DNA of 64,000 nucleotides. Origin: an uncultured archaeon. Its GTDB lineage: Archaea > Asgardarchaeota > Hermodarchaeia > Hermodarchaeales > Hermodarchaeaceae. A model generated the notes under the pieces. It saw only the letters and a list, made by a program, of their open reading frames with translations, was not told where the DNA came from and searched no databases. Shown piece after piece: positions 18,016 to 28,279 of this stretch (position 1 is the stretch's first letter; every line of letters starts with the position of its first letter). The stretch lies in assembly GCA_964347045.1 (NCBI GenBank), contig CAYFXC010000002.1:116285-180284 (forward strand), read 5' to 3'. Position numbers and translations under genes: made by a program.

Positions 18016-18696
18016 CTAGGGGAGAAGTGGACCCATCAGCAAGCCAGTTAACCCTGCAACGATTATTAATCCCCAAGAGATGAGAATGAGAATTAGGCAG
18101 CTGTATAACAGACCACGATGACCAGACACATTGACAAGATTCAGGTGCTCATCAAGATATGTGGCTTTGAAAGTCGCACGCGCATAAAAAACCGCAGCTA
18201 GTCCCAGCGGTACCCAAATTAGGTCAATAATAGTCCAAATTGATCCAACCAAAACCGCGGCAATCCCCCCAAAAATCCCACCAATCATTGCAAACAAGTA
18301 AAAGTCTGCTAAAACGAAACCGGTGGTTTCCCACAAAACTCCAGTTACCATTGCACTTGGTTCACCATATCGACTAGAAGCAAATCTTCTCCCGAAATAA
18401 CCTACTACGTAGGCTTCAATGCCACGTACCGCGACAACACCGGGAATGTACACAGCAGGTAAGCCAGCATAGGTGATAAGGAGACCCTTTCCCACAAGCT
18501 GACCGATTACAGTAATAATTAAACCAATCTCAGGACCATACAAGATTGCAGCAGCAAAGATTAACACAGAAGAAGCATCAATACTTCCCAAAGGAGTTGG
18601 AACAACAATGCTTGCATAGGCTAATACAGCCATAAGCGCACTGAGGATTCCAATCGTAGCAAAATACATTGATCGTGGCGAGGGGGGTTCAGACAT
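18016..18696 (-). CDS. ECF transporter S-component
   Basis: Multi-TM; SALMAVL...P...ID...AAILYGP..G pattern. Start refined to ATG 18696. Confidence 0.75.
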   Translation of the reverse strand: MSEPPSPRSMYFATIGILSALMAVLAYASIVVPTPLGSIDASSVLIFAAAILYGPEIGLIITVIGQLVGKGLLITYAGLPAVYIPGVVAVRGIEAYVVGYFGRRFASSRYGEPSAMVTGVLWETTGFVLADFYLFAMIGGIFGGIAAVLVGSIWTIIDLIWVPLGLAAVFYARATFKATYLDEHLNLVNVSGHRGLLYSCLILILISWGLIIVAGLTGLLMGPLLP

Positions 18697-18820
18697 TACA
18701 GTTCCCTCTTTTGAAGCAATTGCGATGATAAACGGGATGTATATAAGATTTGTGTAAAATGCCGTAGACTCAAAAGGAAGAATTATCAAGAATTTGGAAG
18801 GTTCAGCTCAGTGAGGGTTT

Positions 18821-19369
18821 GTGATGGGCGACGATCCTGCGAAATTGATTCAGCAGTTACATACTAACATTATTGCCCTTACTCGGACCCCCAATTTTGC
18901 GCGATTAGTCCCAGAAGTTGGCAGTAATTTCGTAGTATGTTTAACCGGTGCCACCAAACTTTCGCAGGTTGCCGGATTAACCGGTCGCATTATTCTTGTT
19001 CGAGGAAAACCGGAGCCAGTTGGCGAAGTAGATTTTGGGGGGGCACCATTCATGGGTCCTGTGATACTCAAGGCGCATCAATTAAATGAAACAATCCATG
19101 CAGCTTTATCATTACGATATTCAAATGACATTGTTGAGGCAGCTCGTCGAGCGAAATTACAAGTTGTGGGATTTCGCCTTGGAAAACTCAAGCCAATCCC
19201 AGATTGTATGACATTGGAGGGATTATCAAAATTTGGCTTTGTCCCAGAAGTTCTCTTTGATTGGGGAGCACATGGAGTAGAACCGCTTGTAGTTGTGTTT
19301 GGTTCAACACCGAAAGGTGTTACCCAACGAGCACGAGCAATTTTAACGGAATTACTAACTGATGTGTGA
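18821..19369 (+). CDS. ThiN-type thiamine-phosphate synthase family domain protein
   Basis: LVPEVGSNFV, VAGLTGRI, FGGA, DWGAHGVEP. Confidence 0.8.
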   Translation: MMGDDPAKLIQQLHTNIIALTRTPNFARLVPEVGSNFVVCLTGATKLSQVAGLTGRIILVRGKPEPVGEVDFGGAPFMGPVILKAHQLNETIHAALSLRYSNDIVEAARRAKLQVVGFRLGKLKPIPDCMTLEGLSKFGFVPEVLFDWGAHGVEPLVVVFGSTPKGVTQRARAILTELLTDV

Positions 19370-19376
19370 CTAAAGC

Positions 19377-20129
19377 GTGACAACCATCTTAGAAAAAAAT
19401 GGGAAGAACAAGCAAGCTGTTAGTCTAGCTTTTGGATCAATTGCAGCTCTTTATGATTCATGGTATGAGACGCCCATGGGAAGCTATGTGTGGTCAGTGG
19501 AAACAGACGCAGTTAAAGCATTAATTCCTAAGCGAGTTCATGGAGTGTCGCTTGAAGTTGGCGTTGGAACAGGAATGGCGCTGCCTCTTCTTCAAAACAT
19601 TTCGCTACAGCTTATTGGAATAGATATTGCTTGGCAAATGCTCGCTATAGCCCATAAAAAAGTCCTGAAGAACACCAATGCACATCTAATTCTTTCAGAC
19701 GGTACAAGCCTTCCAATTCGGAAAGAATGCCTTGATCTAGTTTTGGGCATGACAGTATTAGAGTTCATTCCAGATCGCGACGAATTTTTACAAGAAATTC
19801 ATCGATGCCTTCAACCAATTGGTCATATCATTTTGGGAGTACTAACATCGACAAACCTCTGGGCTGTTGAGAGACGTGTACGGAGTCTTTTTCAGCACAA
19901 TATCTTCAAATTAGCAAGATTCCCGAGCCCCTGGCAGGTAATGCGTATTTTATATCGGAATGGATTTTCAAAATCAACTTATCGAGGATCGGTGTATGCA
20001 CTTCCCTTTTCTCCGAATAGGTGTCTTCGAGTTTTCTCCCATCTTGATGCTTATCTGGGCACTCGATGGTTATGCCGTGCTCTTGGAGCATTTCTTGTTT
20101 TCCATGCGAGGCGGAATGGTTCTACTTGA
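19377..20129 (+). CDS. Class I SAM-dependent methyltransferase
   Basis: YDSWYET, LEVGVGTG, GIDIAWQML. Confidence 0.9.
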   Translation: MTTILEKNGKNKQAVSLAFGSIAALYDSWYETPMGSYVWSVETDAVKALIPKRVHGVSLEVGVGTGMALPLLQNISLQLIGIDIAWQMLAIAHKKVLKNTNAHLILSDGTSLPIRKECLDLVLGMTVLEFIPDRDEFLQEIHRCLQPIGHIILGVLTSTNLWAVERRVRSLFQHNIFKLARFPSPWQVMRILYRNGFSKSTYRGSVYALPFSPNRCLRVFSHLDAYLGTRWLCRALGAFLVFHARRNGST

Positions 20130-21108
20130 CGCGGGTCGTAAAGCGCTTGTAAGGATCTTCTCCAGGTTTAAGGCGTTTGGATTTTTCGTCAGATTCAATG
20201 AGAATATGTTTCCTTTTTGTAAATGTACCAATAATCGATGATTGTCTGTTGAAGCTGCTAATAGTTTGGATTATTTCATTTGCAGCTTCACTTTCTGTGA
20301 TTATCAGAAAGCTTCCAAAAGAAGAACAATGAATGGGGTTCCATCTCAAGTAGCGAAAGAGTTTGATACCAACGTCATCCCAAGGAATTTCGTTAAATTG
20401 AACAGTGATTCCTAGCCCTGTTGTTTTTTGGAGTTCAAATAATGCTGTTGCTAATCCTCCCTCAGCTAGATCGTGTAGTAAAGTAATTCTTTCTTGTGGT
20501 AGAGCTTTCACTAATGAAACTACTTCGAATGGGCTCAAGTCGTTTGCTAGTTCTTCACGCTGCGATCGTGGGAGAATTGCATCGACGCTGGAGGGTTCCA
20601 CGTTAGCTAGAAACCATAAGGTTTCACGAGCAATAGGTCCCACGGCGATTATGATATCTCCAGGTTTCACCTGAGGAATAGAAACTAAATCATCTGGTAA
20701 AATTCCAAAACAAGTTGTGGTAATGAGAGGGACTTCTAGTCCGTCATATCCTCCAGTGTGTCCCCCAATGACTTTGAGGTTGAGTTTCTGGGCTTCTTCT
20801 CCTAGTTGTTTTATGGTTGCAGTAAGCCAATCCACTTCGGTATTTGGTGGATAGTATATTCCCAAGGAGAGATATTGGGGTGTAGCCCATGCCATTGCAA
20901 CATCAGTGGCCGAATAATGAACTGCAAAAAACCCATAGAACTGTAGTGGTATCCCAAGAACGGGATCCGAAGCAACCACAACACGACCATCGAAACTGGT
21001 TGATCCATAGTCAAGGAGTACTGAGCGCGTGTCATCGACACGGGGTAAATGAGGGAAAACAAATCGTTCTAAATCGGTTAATGAAAGTTTGCCTTTGGGG
21101 AGGGTCAT
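20122..21108 (-). CDS. AIR synthase-related (PurM/HypE-like) protein
   Basis: GKL, SDPV, DVA, IGGHT, HDLAEGGL. Confidence 0.85.
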   Translation of the reverse strand: MTLPKGKLSLTDLERFVFPHLPRVDDTRSVLLDYGSTSFDGRVVVASDPVLGIPLQFYGFFAVHYSATDVAMAWATPQYLSLGIYYPPNTEVDWLTATIKQLGEEAQKLNLKVIGGHTGGYDGLEVPLITTTCFGILPDDLVSIPQVKPGDIIIAVGPIARETLWFLANVEPSSVDAILPRSQREELANDLSPFEVVSLVKALPQERITLLHDLAEGGLATALFELQKTTGLGITVQFNEIPWDDVGIKLFRYLRWNPIHCSSFGSFLIITESEAANEIIQTISSFNRQSSIIGTFTKRKHILIESDEKSKRLKPGEDPYKRFTTRVK

Positions 21109-21198
21109 GACATTGTCACCTCTGTTGAATTTGCATCGTTGCAGGTTATAATGCATACGGTTCAAATACCCAGAGGCACCAGTTCAATCCCTAACATA

Positions 21199-22131
21199 TT
21201 ATCGTTTTTGGTGGCGCGGTTCTAATGCAATTAGGATGGTTGCAAGAAAGATTAGTGCCGCCCCAAATCCTTGCCAAATAGCTACAGGCTGCCCAAGGAA
21301 AATGAAGCCAAAAAGTACCGCACTAATCGGATCCAGTAACAGAATTATGGATGCTGCGGACGCGTCAACCTTCTGAACTCCAACATTGGTTAACAAATAA
21401 GGGATAGTGGTAGAAATTAATGAAAACCCAAGTAAGAGCAGCCAAGCGGGGAGTGGTAAAAAGAGTATGATTCCAACAATTCTGGGATCATTTACAAAGA
21501 GGCTGATTATGAAAATTATTGGGACCATCCAGATCATGGCAAAGAAAAAGCCCCAAAAAGTTGTCACAGAAGGACGATACCCTTCATAACCACCCCATTT
21601 TCGACCCAAAACCATGTAAACCGCAGCAAAAATTGCATTTGATAATGCCAGGACTATTCCTGCAAGAGGAACAACGATAACATGGGGAATTATTGGCAAC
21701 GACACGATCACAGCACCCGCAATCGAAAGCGGTACGGCAATAAACCGAAGTCGTGTTAAGGGCTCTGCGAGGAATATGCGGCCTAAGAGAAGGGTTATTG
21801 CAGGATAAAGATAGGTGAGGGAAACGGCTACCACGACAGGTGTCCCAATGGCAATAGCTGTAATGTATACAATGAGCCCCAATGCGATTCCAATTAGCCC
21901 ATAAACCACAAATTGGGTCAGATGTTTTCGCTGGATGGTAATATTTCGAAAGGAATAGACAACACCGAGACCAATGAAAATATATAGAACAGAAAATGTT
22001 GTGCGAAAGAGCGCTTGTTGGAGTGAGGAAACACCGAGAAGAGTTAGATAAAAAGAAAAAACAGGAATAGTGCCAAAACAAATAGCAGCAATAATTAAGC
22101 TCACATAACTGTATTTAAATGAATTAGACAT
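21199..22131 (-). CDS. EamA/DMT family transporter
   Basis: 10 TM helices in two repeats; YLYP...FLAE, LLDPISA. Confidence 0.9.
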   Translation of the reverse strand: MSNSFKYSYVSLIIAAICFGTIPVFSFYLTLLGVSSLQQALFRTTFSVLYIFIGLGVVYSFRNITIQRKHLTQFVVYGLIGIALGLIVYITAIAIGTPVVVAVSLTYLYPAITLLLGRIFLAEPLTRLRFIAVPLSIAGAVIVSLPIIPHVIVVPLAGIVLALSNAIFAAVYMVLGRKWGGYEGYRPSVTTFWGFFFAMIWMVPIIFIISLFVNDPRIVGIILFLPLPAWLLLLGFSLISTTIPYLLTNVGVQKVDASAASIILLLDPISAVLFGFIFLGQPVAIWQGFGAALIFLATILIALEPRHQKR

Positions 22132-22184
22132 CCAAACTCGCTCGATGATTCGTTCCAAGATTCATATGAATGTTACATAAGTGT

Positions 22185-22760
22185 TTATGGCTTATGTTCT
22201 AAGACCGCTTTGGCTCCACCATGAAGTGCACTGATATTATCCTTCTCGTAGCGATGAAGTTTGCTATCGGTCTTAATTGCCACTTCGAGCATTTTCAAAT
22301 CGACACGATTATCAATAACCGCTAGAGCTCCAAGAGAAGCAATCCCCATATACCTTACATGTCCTAGCTTGTCCGCTAGTTTCCGAATTTCAACCTGATA
22401 GATGGTAGTGCCATTTTGTTGTACTAAATCTGCGAGTCCCATTTTTACCGTGGGATCATTAATAATCCCAGCTTCAATTAGAAGAAGATCACTGCTCAAG
22501 TCAGGACTTATTGAACAGCATTTCTTGAATGCCGGTGCAGAGAGGACGATAAGGATATTTGGTTTTTCAAATTTTAACTCGTAAATGGGGTCAGAGGAAA
22601 TAATGAGGTCTGTTGTGCAAGCATCACCCCGGGCGGCTGCACCGTGAGTTTCAGTTTGTAACACATGAAATCCTTTTTGCGCAAAGGTGGAACCGAGAAT
22701 TCGACTAGCAGTGACAACACCATAACCACCGTATCCTGCAAATCGAACCGTAAAGTACAT
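22185..22760 (-). CDS. korC: 2-oxoacid:ferredoxin oxidoreductase gamma subunit
   Basis: VRFAGYGGYGVV, HGAAARG. Last gene of the operon. Confidence 0.88.
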   Translation of the reverse strand: MYFTVRFAGYGGYGVVTASRILGSTFAQKGFHVLQTETHGAAARGDACTTDLIISSDPIYELKFEKPNILIVLSAPAFKKCCSISPDLSSDLLLIEAGIINDPTVKMGLADLVQQNGTTIYQVEIRKLADKLGHVRYMGIASLGALAVIDNRVDLKMLEVAIKTDSKLHRYEKDNISALHGGAKAVLEHKP

Positions 22761-22779
22761 CTTAAGCAACCTTCTTTTG

Positions 22780-23667
22780 CTATTCCCACAGTTTTTGTAA
22801 ATATTCGATTAATGTAGGTCGCTGTTCTCGCTTGAAGACACCTAAATCAATGAGCTTATCTTTCAAAGTTAATTGATAGCGTGGATGATTGAAGCGTTCA
22901 CCCGTCTTTTTCCCTTTCAATGCTTTAAGCATCCATGCGCCAGGAAGCCGTTTGAATTGGTCTAGTTCGATAGCTGATAGAGTGGATTGAAATTCCGTCA
23001 GAAATCGAGCAGCATAGGTGGGACACTGTGAAATGATTTCAATGAAAGCGAATCCCGGATGAAGCATAGCTTCTTTAATCGAGGCTATGATTTCATTAAC
23101 ATAGAATGTTGTCCATCGTGCAACATAGCTAGCCCCAGCCCCAGAAACGAGGTGGACAAGATCAAAAGGTGCTTCTGGATTCTGAGAGTAGGTCGAAGTG
23201 TGGACATTGAGAGGAGTTGTTGGAGCTGATTGCCCCCCCGTCATACCATAATTTAGATTGTTGACAAGAATTACCGTCATAGGTATGTTTCGCCGCGCGG
23301 CATGAATAAGATGATTTCCACCAATGGCAACTCCATCACCATCTCCAGTGAAAACTACAACGCGTAATTTTGGATTCATGACCTTTGCGCCAGTGGCAAA
23401 AGCAATAGCACGTCCATGGGTCGTGTGCAGCGTATCACCTTGAAAGTATGGACTTGGAATCCATGCAGAACAACCAATACCAGAAACTCCCAAGATTTCT
23501 TGATGTTGAAGCTTTTTAGAATTTATTAACTCATCAATGGCACGTACAAATGCATTGAGTATTGTGCCGTTCCCACAGCCTGCACAAAAAGCATTGGGGA
23601 GATTACGGAGGTATTTATCGCGATAATATTTTTGGGGTTTCCCAAGCTTTGTGTCGCGTTTGGTTAT
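22780..23667 (-). CDS. korB: 2-oxoacid:ferredoxin oxidoreductase beta subunit (inferred ATA start)
   Basis: FCAGCGNG lies upstream of the track start. GIGCS, HGRA, GDGD...NN.YGMTGGQ, CPT. Confidence 0.9.
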   Translation of the reverse strand: MTKRDTKLGKPQKYYRDKYLRNLPNAFCAGCGNGTILNAFVRAIDELINSKKLQHQEILGVSGIGCSAWIPSPYFQGDTLHTTHGRAIAFATGAKVMNPKLRVVVFTGDGDGVAIGGNHLIHAARRNIPMTVILVNNLNYGMTGGQSAPTTPLNVHTSTYSQNPEAPFDLVHLVSGAGASYVARWTTFYVNEIIASIKEAMLHPGFAFIEIISQCPTYAARFLTEFQSTLSAIELDQFKRLPGAWMLKALKGKKTGERFNHPRYQLTLKDKLIDLGVFKREQRPTLIEYLQKLWE

Positions 23668-24800
23668 TTCGACTCACCCTCCATAATGTAGTTAAGAATT
23701 TCATTCGAATGATGAACTTCTCCAGCCACCTTGGGTACACTTACAATAGTTGCTTGGCTCGCTAACCGCGCGATTTCATTTACCATCATTCCCATATTCA
23801 TTTCCACTACATAAATTCTGGAAATATCTTTGAGTAACTCAATAAGATGAGTTTCTGGGAGCGGCCAAAGTGTTTTCAATCGTATGAATCCGACATCATA
23901 TCCATGCTTTCGTGCGATTTGCACGGCTTGGTATGCGGGTCGGGCTGATGCACCAAAACTTAACACAACTGTTGGTGATGATTCAAGATGTCTTTTTTCT
24001 AAATCAAGCCCTTCTTTTCGGAGAGTATGTCCAGCTTGCCGATTCTTTTCGAAAATCCATTCGATTGTTGCTCGGTGGAACCGAGGCGTATAATCACGAA
24101 CACCAGTTGGTCGGTGCGCTGACCCTGTTACAAGAAGGTTTAACCCATCCCCGAACCGCGGCATCTCATACCGTAAGAAACTTTCTTCGGGGTTTGGGTG
24201 TTTTTTTGTGAGCCGTTCACGATTGATAATAGGCAACCCACCTCGTTTTGGAATAGTTAGAGGTTCACGCATATAGCTGATTTCTCCATCTGTCATGAGG
24301 AGTGTGGGAGTCCGGAAACGTTCAGCATAATTGAATGCATGAATTGTGAAGTCAAACATTTCCTGTACTGACCAGGGACTAAAAGCAAGAGGTGCAATAT
24401 CACCATGAGTACCAAATCGGGCTTGCATGATGTCTTGTTGTCCAGGCATAGTAGCTTGACCTGTACTGGGACCTGATCGTTGGGCATCGACAATTACAGC
24501 AGGAGTTTCAGTGATGTATGCATACCCAAGATTTTCTTGCATAAGGCTGAAGCCAGGTCCAGAGGTAGCCGTCATTGCCTTTCCGCCTGCCCATGACGCA
24601 CCAATGATTGCGGCTATTGAAGCGATTTCGTCTTCCATTTGCAAATAATAACCGTTGACTTCAGGTAGACGTTTAGCCATCCATTCAACAATACTTGTTG
24701 CGGGAGTGATGGGATATCCTGCGAAAAACCGGCAACCAGCATAAATCGCACCCTCAGCACAAGCTGTGCCACCATCAACGAAATGCAATCCAGCTTTCAT
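23664..24800 (-). CDS. korA: 2-oxoacid:ferredoxin oxidoreductase alpha subunit
   Basis: GYPITPAT, QMEDEI, TATSGPGFSLM, QRSGPSTG, VEMN. Confidence 0.95.
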   Translation of the reverse strand: MKAGLHFVDGGTACAEGAIYAGCRFFAGYPITPATSIVEWMAKRLPEVNGYYLQMEDEIASIAAIIGASWAGGKAMTATSGPGFSLMQENLGYAYITETPAVIVDAQRSGPSTGQATMPGQQDIMQARFGTHGDIAPLAFSPWSVQEMFDFTIHAFNYAERFRTPTLLMTDGEISYMREPLTIPKRGGLPIINRERLTKKHPNPEESFLRYEMPRFGDGLNLLVTGSAHRPTGVRDYTPRFHRATIEWIFEKNRQAGHTLRKEGLDLEKRHLESSPTVVLSFGASARPAYQAVQIARKHGYDVGFIRLKTLWPLPETHLIELLKDISRIYVVEMNMGMMVNEIARLASQATIVSVPKVAGEVHHSNEILNYIMEGESK

Positions 24801-25045
24801 TTTTCTTGCACCTCAATCATTATTGCCGCATCGGGACACCGTTTTTCACACAGCCGGCACGTAACACTTTTTTTTCCTCGGACAAGTATACATTTGGTTT
24901 CACCATCCATAATGAGGCGTGGATTATTTCCCCCCCATGCCGTTGGTTTATCTTCTTCCAAGATTTTCGTGGGACAAAAGAGGATACAGATACCACACCC
25001 TTTGCAAAGGTTTTCATTCACGGTAAGTTTGATATGCCGCGGGAT
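24797..25045 (-). CDS. korD: 2-oxoacid:ferredoxin oxidoreductase delta (2x[4Fe-4S] ferredoxin) subunit; start ATC 25045 or GTG 25021
   Basis: CKGCGICILFCP and C...CRLCEKRCPDAAI. ATGA overlap with alpha. Confidence 0.88.
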   Translation of the reverse strand: MPRHIKLTVNENLCKGCGICILFCPTKILEEDKPTAWGGNNPRLIMDGETKCILVRGKKSVTCRLCEKRCPDAAIMIEVQEK

Positions 25046-25143
25046 TCTACATTCCTCCTAAGGTGCGGTGGGTGTTTTCCATCGTCCGTGAATTTGCTTG
25101 AGGACCTAAAGCTTTATGGAAAGACGATACAAACGATGAAGCT

Positions 25144-26499
25144 ATGTCGAGCTCCATAAACCGAAGATTTCCACGCTGGTTAACCGCCATCTTCATGTTT
25201 GTCATTTCCTTGGTACTCGTCATTATAACATATTTCAGTGATATAGTGGGAGCTCTCTACTATTTTATTACCATACTCATAGCTTTCGCTCTCTGGACCT
25301 ATGTCGATAAGCAACCTATTGAGAAGTTAGGCTTTCGCTTTGTTTCCCGATGGTGGCTACAACTGCTTCTGGGTATTCTCCTCGCTAGCATAGTTCTTGG
25401 ACTCACTATCTGGCTTGAAGCTCTTTTAGGGTGGGTTATTCTTGCACCTGTTTTTCTGAGTGTACCCTGGTGGGTTATTGCTGGCACACTTGCCTATTAC
25501 GCAATTTGGCAAGCTCTTGTTGCGGGCGCAGAAGAGTTTGTAAGTCGAGGATATATTCAACAAAACCTAACTACACGATTGACGATGCCTCTAGCAATCC
25601 TTAGTTCAGCGATCTTGTTTGCAACATTTCACGTTCCAAGTATAATATATTACATGCTTCCTCCTGTGCAGGCAATTAGCATGTTTGTTAACCTATTTTT
25701 AGGGGGAATTATGTTAGGCCTAGCCTTTGCCCGAACACGTGCTCTCTGGTTGCCAATCGGACTTCATTTTGGTTGGAACTATATGCTTTATCATATTGCG
25801 GGGTTTGGTGGGAATGGATTATTCGAAGCTCAAGACACAGGTCCGACAATCCTAACTGGGGGTACAATGGGTCCGGAGGCAGGATTGTTAGGTACAATTG
25901 TCTTCTTGTTTCTGATCTTCATCGTTTGGATTGGAACGAAAGAAGCGGATGGGCAGCTTATGCGCACCTTTGATCGAAAAGCTCTTCTGATGTTCGCTTT
26001 TGGCTTTCTGGTAGTAGGAGTCCCTGTGGTTTTGGGTCTTTTAGTCATGGGTCTGTGGGTGTTTCTCATAATCTGGATTATCTATGCGATATTCTTTCTT
26101 CAGATTTGGGAAAATCGAATATTGTGTAGCCATTGTCCGCATTATGGCTCTGAAGGACGAATCCTTCGATGCCATGCAAATTACGGGCTTTACAAACTTT
26201 GGAAATATAACCCAACACCAATGAGTCGATCTGAACAAATCCAGATGATCATCGGAGTGTCATTTATGATAGGATTACCCTTCCCCTTTTTAGTTTTGAG
26301 TCAATCATGGTTTTTCCTAATATTCGCATTATTTGGAGCTATTGTATTCGCCGTCATTCTTTTTGGCTGGTTATGTCTTCGCTGTGTGAATTTTTCTTGT
26401 CCTTTTAATCGGGTGCCCAAGAAAGAGGTGGACACATTCTTAAGGCAGCATCCTGAGATGCAGAAAGCATGGGAAGGGAAAGGCTACAAACTTGACTGA
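25144..26499 (+). CDS. CPBP (Abi/CAAX-like) intramembrane metalloprotease fused to a Cys-rich membrane domain
   Basis: AEEFVSRGY, FATFH, HFGWN. C-terminal CSHCPHY..C / CLRCVNFSCP. Confidence 0.85.
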   Translation: MSSSINRRFPRWLTAIFMFVISLVLVIITYFSDIVGALYYFITILIAFALWTYVDKQPIEKLGFRFVSRWWLQLLLGILLASIVLGLTIWLEALLGWVILAPVFLSVPWWVIAGTLAYYAIWQALVAGAEEFVSRGYIQQNLTTRLTMPLAILSSAILFATFHVPSIIYYMLPPVQAISMFVNLFLGGIMLGLAFARTRALWLPIGLHFGWNYMLYHIAGFGGNGLFEAQDTGPTILTGGTMGPEAGLLGTIVFLFLIFIVWIGTKEADGQLMRTFDRKALLMFAFGFLVVGVPVVLGLLVMGLWVFLIIWIIYAIFFLQIWENRILCSHCPHYGSEGRILRCHANYGLYKLWKYNPTPMSRSEQIQMIIGVSFMIGLPFPFLVLSQSWFFLIFALFGAIVFAVILFGWLCLRCVNFSCPFNRVPKKEVDTFLRQHPEMQKAWEGKGYKLD

Positions 26500-26513
26500 A
26501 CCGAAAAAATTGC

Positions 26514-27137
26514 CTAACCCTTGTGGAACTTGATTGCAAGAGCGGCAACTCGTTGTCCGACTAATTGACTATTCCGAATACCAATTTCATCTTTAGATGT
26601 CCACCGCCAAGTGAAGCCTTCACTCTGCAAACCTGTTATTCCTGCCCATCCTTCTTTAACGGGATCACCAACTCCACCGACAACAATCATGCCTTGTCCG
26701 AGAGCATAATTGATTATGGTTGTCGCGGTTGATTCTTGACCACCTTGCCTTAGACCAGCGGCGACAAGGATTCCGACTATTTTGTCACGTAAGCGATGAT
26801 CATGCATTTTTCGTGTTCGTGAGCGGTCAATGAGATTTTTAAGCAGACCGGGAACGGAAGAGAAGTATGATGGACTAGCAAAGATTATACCATGGGCAGT
26901 TTCCATTTTATCTAAGACCTTTGGAACATCATCTTTACTATCTTCCGGGCAGGGTTTTTGACGTACACAGTTATCACATCCTGTACAGGGAAGAATGCTG
27001 TAATCTGCTAGGCGTAGCAATTCCGTTTCTATTTCACCAGAAGATTTGGCGGAAGCAAGGGCTTGCGCTAGTAGAAATTCTGAGCTGGATTTTTCTTTTT
27101 TAGGAGAACCACATATACCTAAGACTATAGTTGACAT
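26514..27137 (-). CDS. Iron-sulfur flavoprotein / flavodoxin-like (NADPH-dependent FMN reductase fold)
   Basis: GICGSP, CTGCDNC....C, SPSYF, GGQE. Start refined to ATG 27137. Confidence 0.9.
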   Translation of the reverse strand: MSTIVLGICGSPKKEKSSSEFLLAQALASAKSSGEIETELLRLADYSILPCTGCDNCVRQKPCPEDSKDDVPKVLDKMETAHGIIFASPSYFSSVPGLLKNLIDRSRTRKMHDHRLRDKIVGILVAAGLRQGGQESTATTIINYALGQGMIVVGGVGDPVKEGWAGITGLQSEGFTWRWTSKDEIGIRNSQLVGQRVAALAIKFHKG

Positions 27138-27219
27138 TGTAACACGCTTCTGAAATCTTAGTTCTTCACTATGAAAGAACCCCTTTTCAGCCTTATTGTA
27201 TCCATAAATATGTGTAAAA

Positions 27220-27849
27220 TCATCGTCGAATATTCCTTCGAAGGCTCTGCTCAATGCGATAAAGATCTGCAGGAGTGTTAACATTGGAAAATGTGAGAAG
27301 TTTCTTATCAAATCGTTTGAGAGCATTTGTCGATAAATAAATTACATGGCCAATATTGTCAATCAGGCATTGCATTCTTGGTTTCTGTTCTTCCAAACAC
27401 TGAGACGCCACTTCTTGTGCAATTTCTGTTGCAAAGACTGAGTGTAAAGGCTCAACCCAACCATTAGGCCATCGTGGAACAGCCGCATGATGACTTTCTA
27501 CCATACTCCACATTATATCGAAAAACATGTTATGGATTAAAGGTGAATCACAGGGCAGAAGCTGAGTATATGGATTCTGAGCGTGTTGAAAAGCTGTCAA
27601 CGCACCAACTAGTGGGCACCGTAGTTCTGTGGGGATATCCGTAATTATTTGCTCTTCTGGGAAGTGTTCAGCATATAATTCGCGATCATTCCTAGCATGA
27701 ACAACAATGAAAACCTCTTGAGCGTAGGCTTCACAGGCGTCAACAACATGGAGGAAAAGAGGTTTGCCAGCAACCTGCACGAGCGCCTTGGTTGGTTTAA
27801 ACCGATCACTTTGACCCCCAGCTAGTATCGCTACGCTAACAGGTTGCAC
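27220..27849 (-). CDS. mobA: Molybdenum cofactor guanylyltransferase
   Basis: ILAGGQSDRF..KAL, PCDSP, EPLHS, NVNTPADL. Confidence 0.9.
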   Translation of the reverse strand: MQPVSVAILAGGQSDRFKPTKALVQVAGKPLFLHVVDACEAYAQEVFIVVHARNDRELYAEHFPEEQIITDIPTELRCPLVGALTAFQHAQNPYTQLLPCDSPLIHNMFFDIMWSMVESHHAAVPRWPNGWVEPLHSVFATEIAQEVASQCLEEQKPRMQCLIDNIGHVIYLSTNALKRFDKKLLTFSNVNTPADLYRIEQSLRRNIRR

Positions 27850-28279
27850 TTCTATTCCTCTCAATAGGGTATTGTAGGTTCTTATGCGGCATGAGCGAAC
27901 ATCAGAACTAAAAATTTACTGTAAAACCAAAACTTGGCTTAAATCAAGAAACGCACTATCGTTTGCAAAAAAAGGGGTTTGGTCTCCCCTCCAGATTCAA
28001 ACTAACATTCCTCTAAGAACCTATAAAGTAGAAAAAGAAGGATTAAGAACGGTTTAAATTTCCTTAAATTACGATTTTTGTAATATTTTGAGAATAAAAG
28101 CTAAAATAACAAAGAAAATAGAAAAACATAGGTTTTAAACAGTTTAAACGAAATTCTAGTACAAACCCTTTAGAAAATATAACAATAAAATAGAACAAAG
28201 TAACATAAAAGTCGCATTCATAGCCTTGAATGACATTCCACTGGATTCGTTGTTAGATTAAAATCATTGAGGTTTATTT

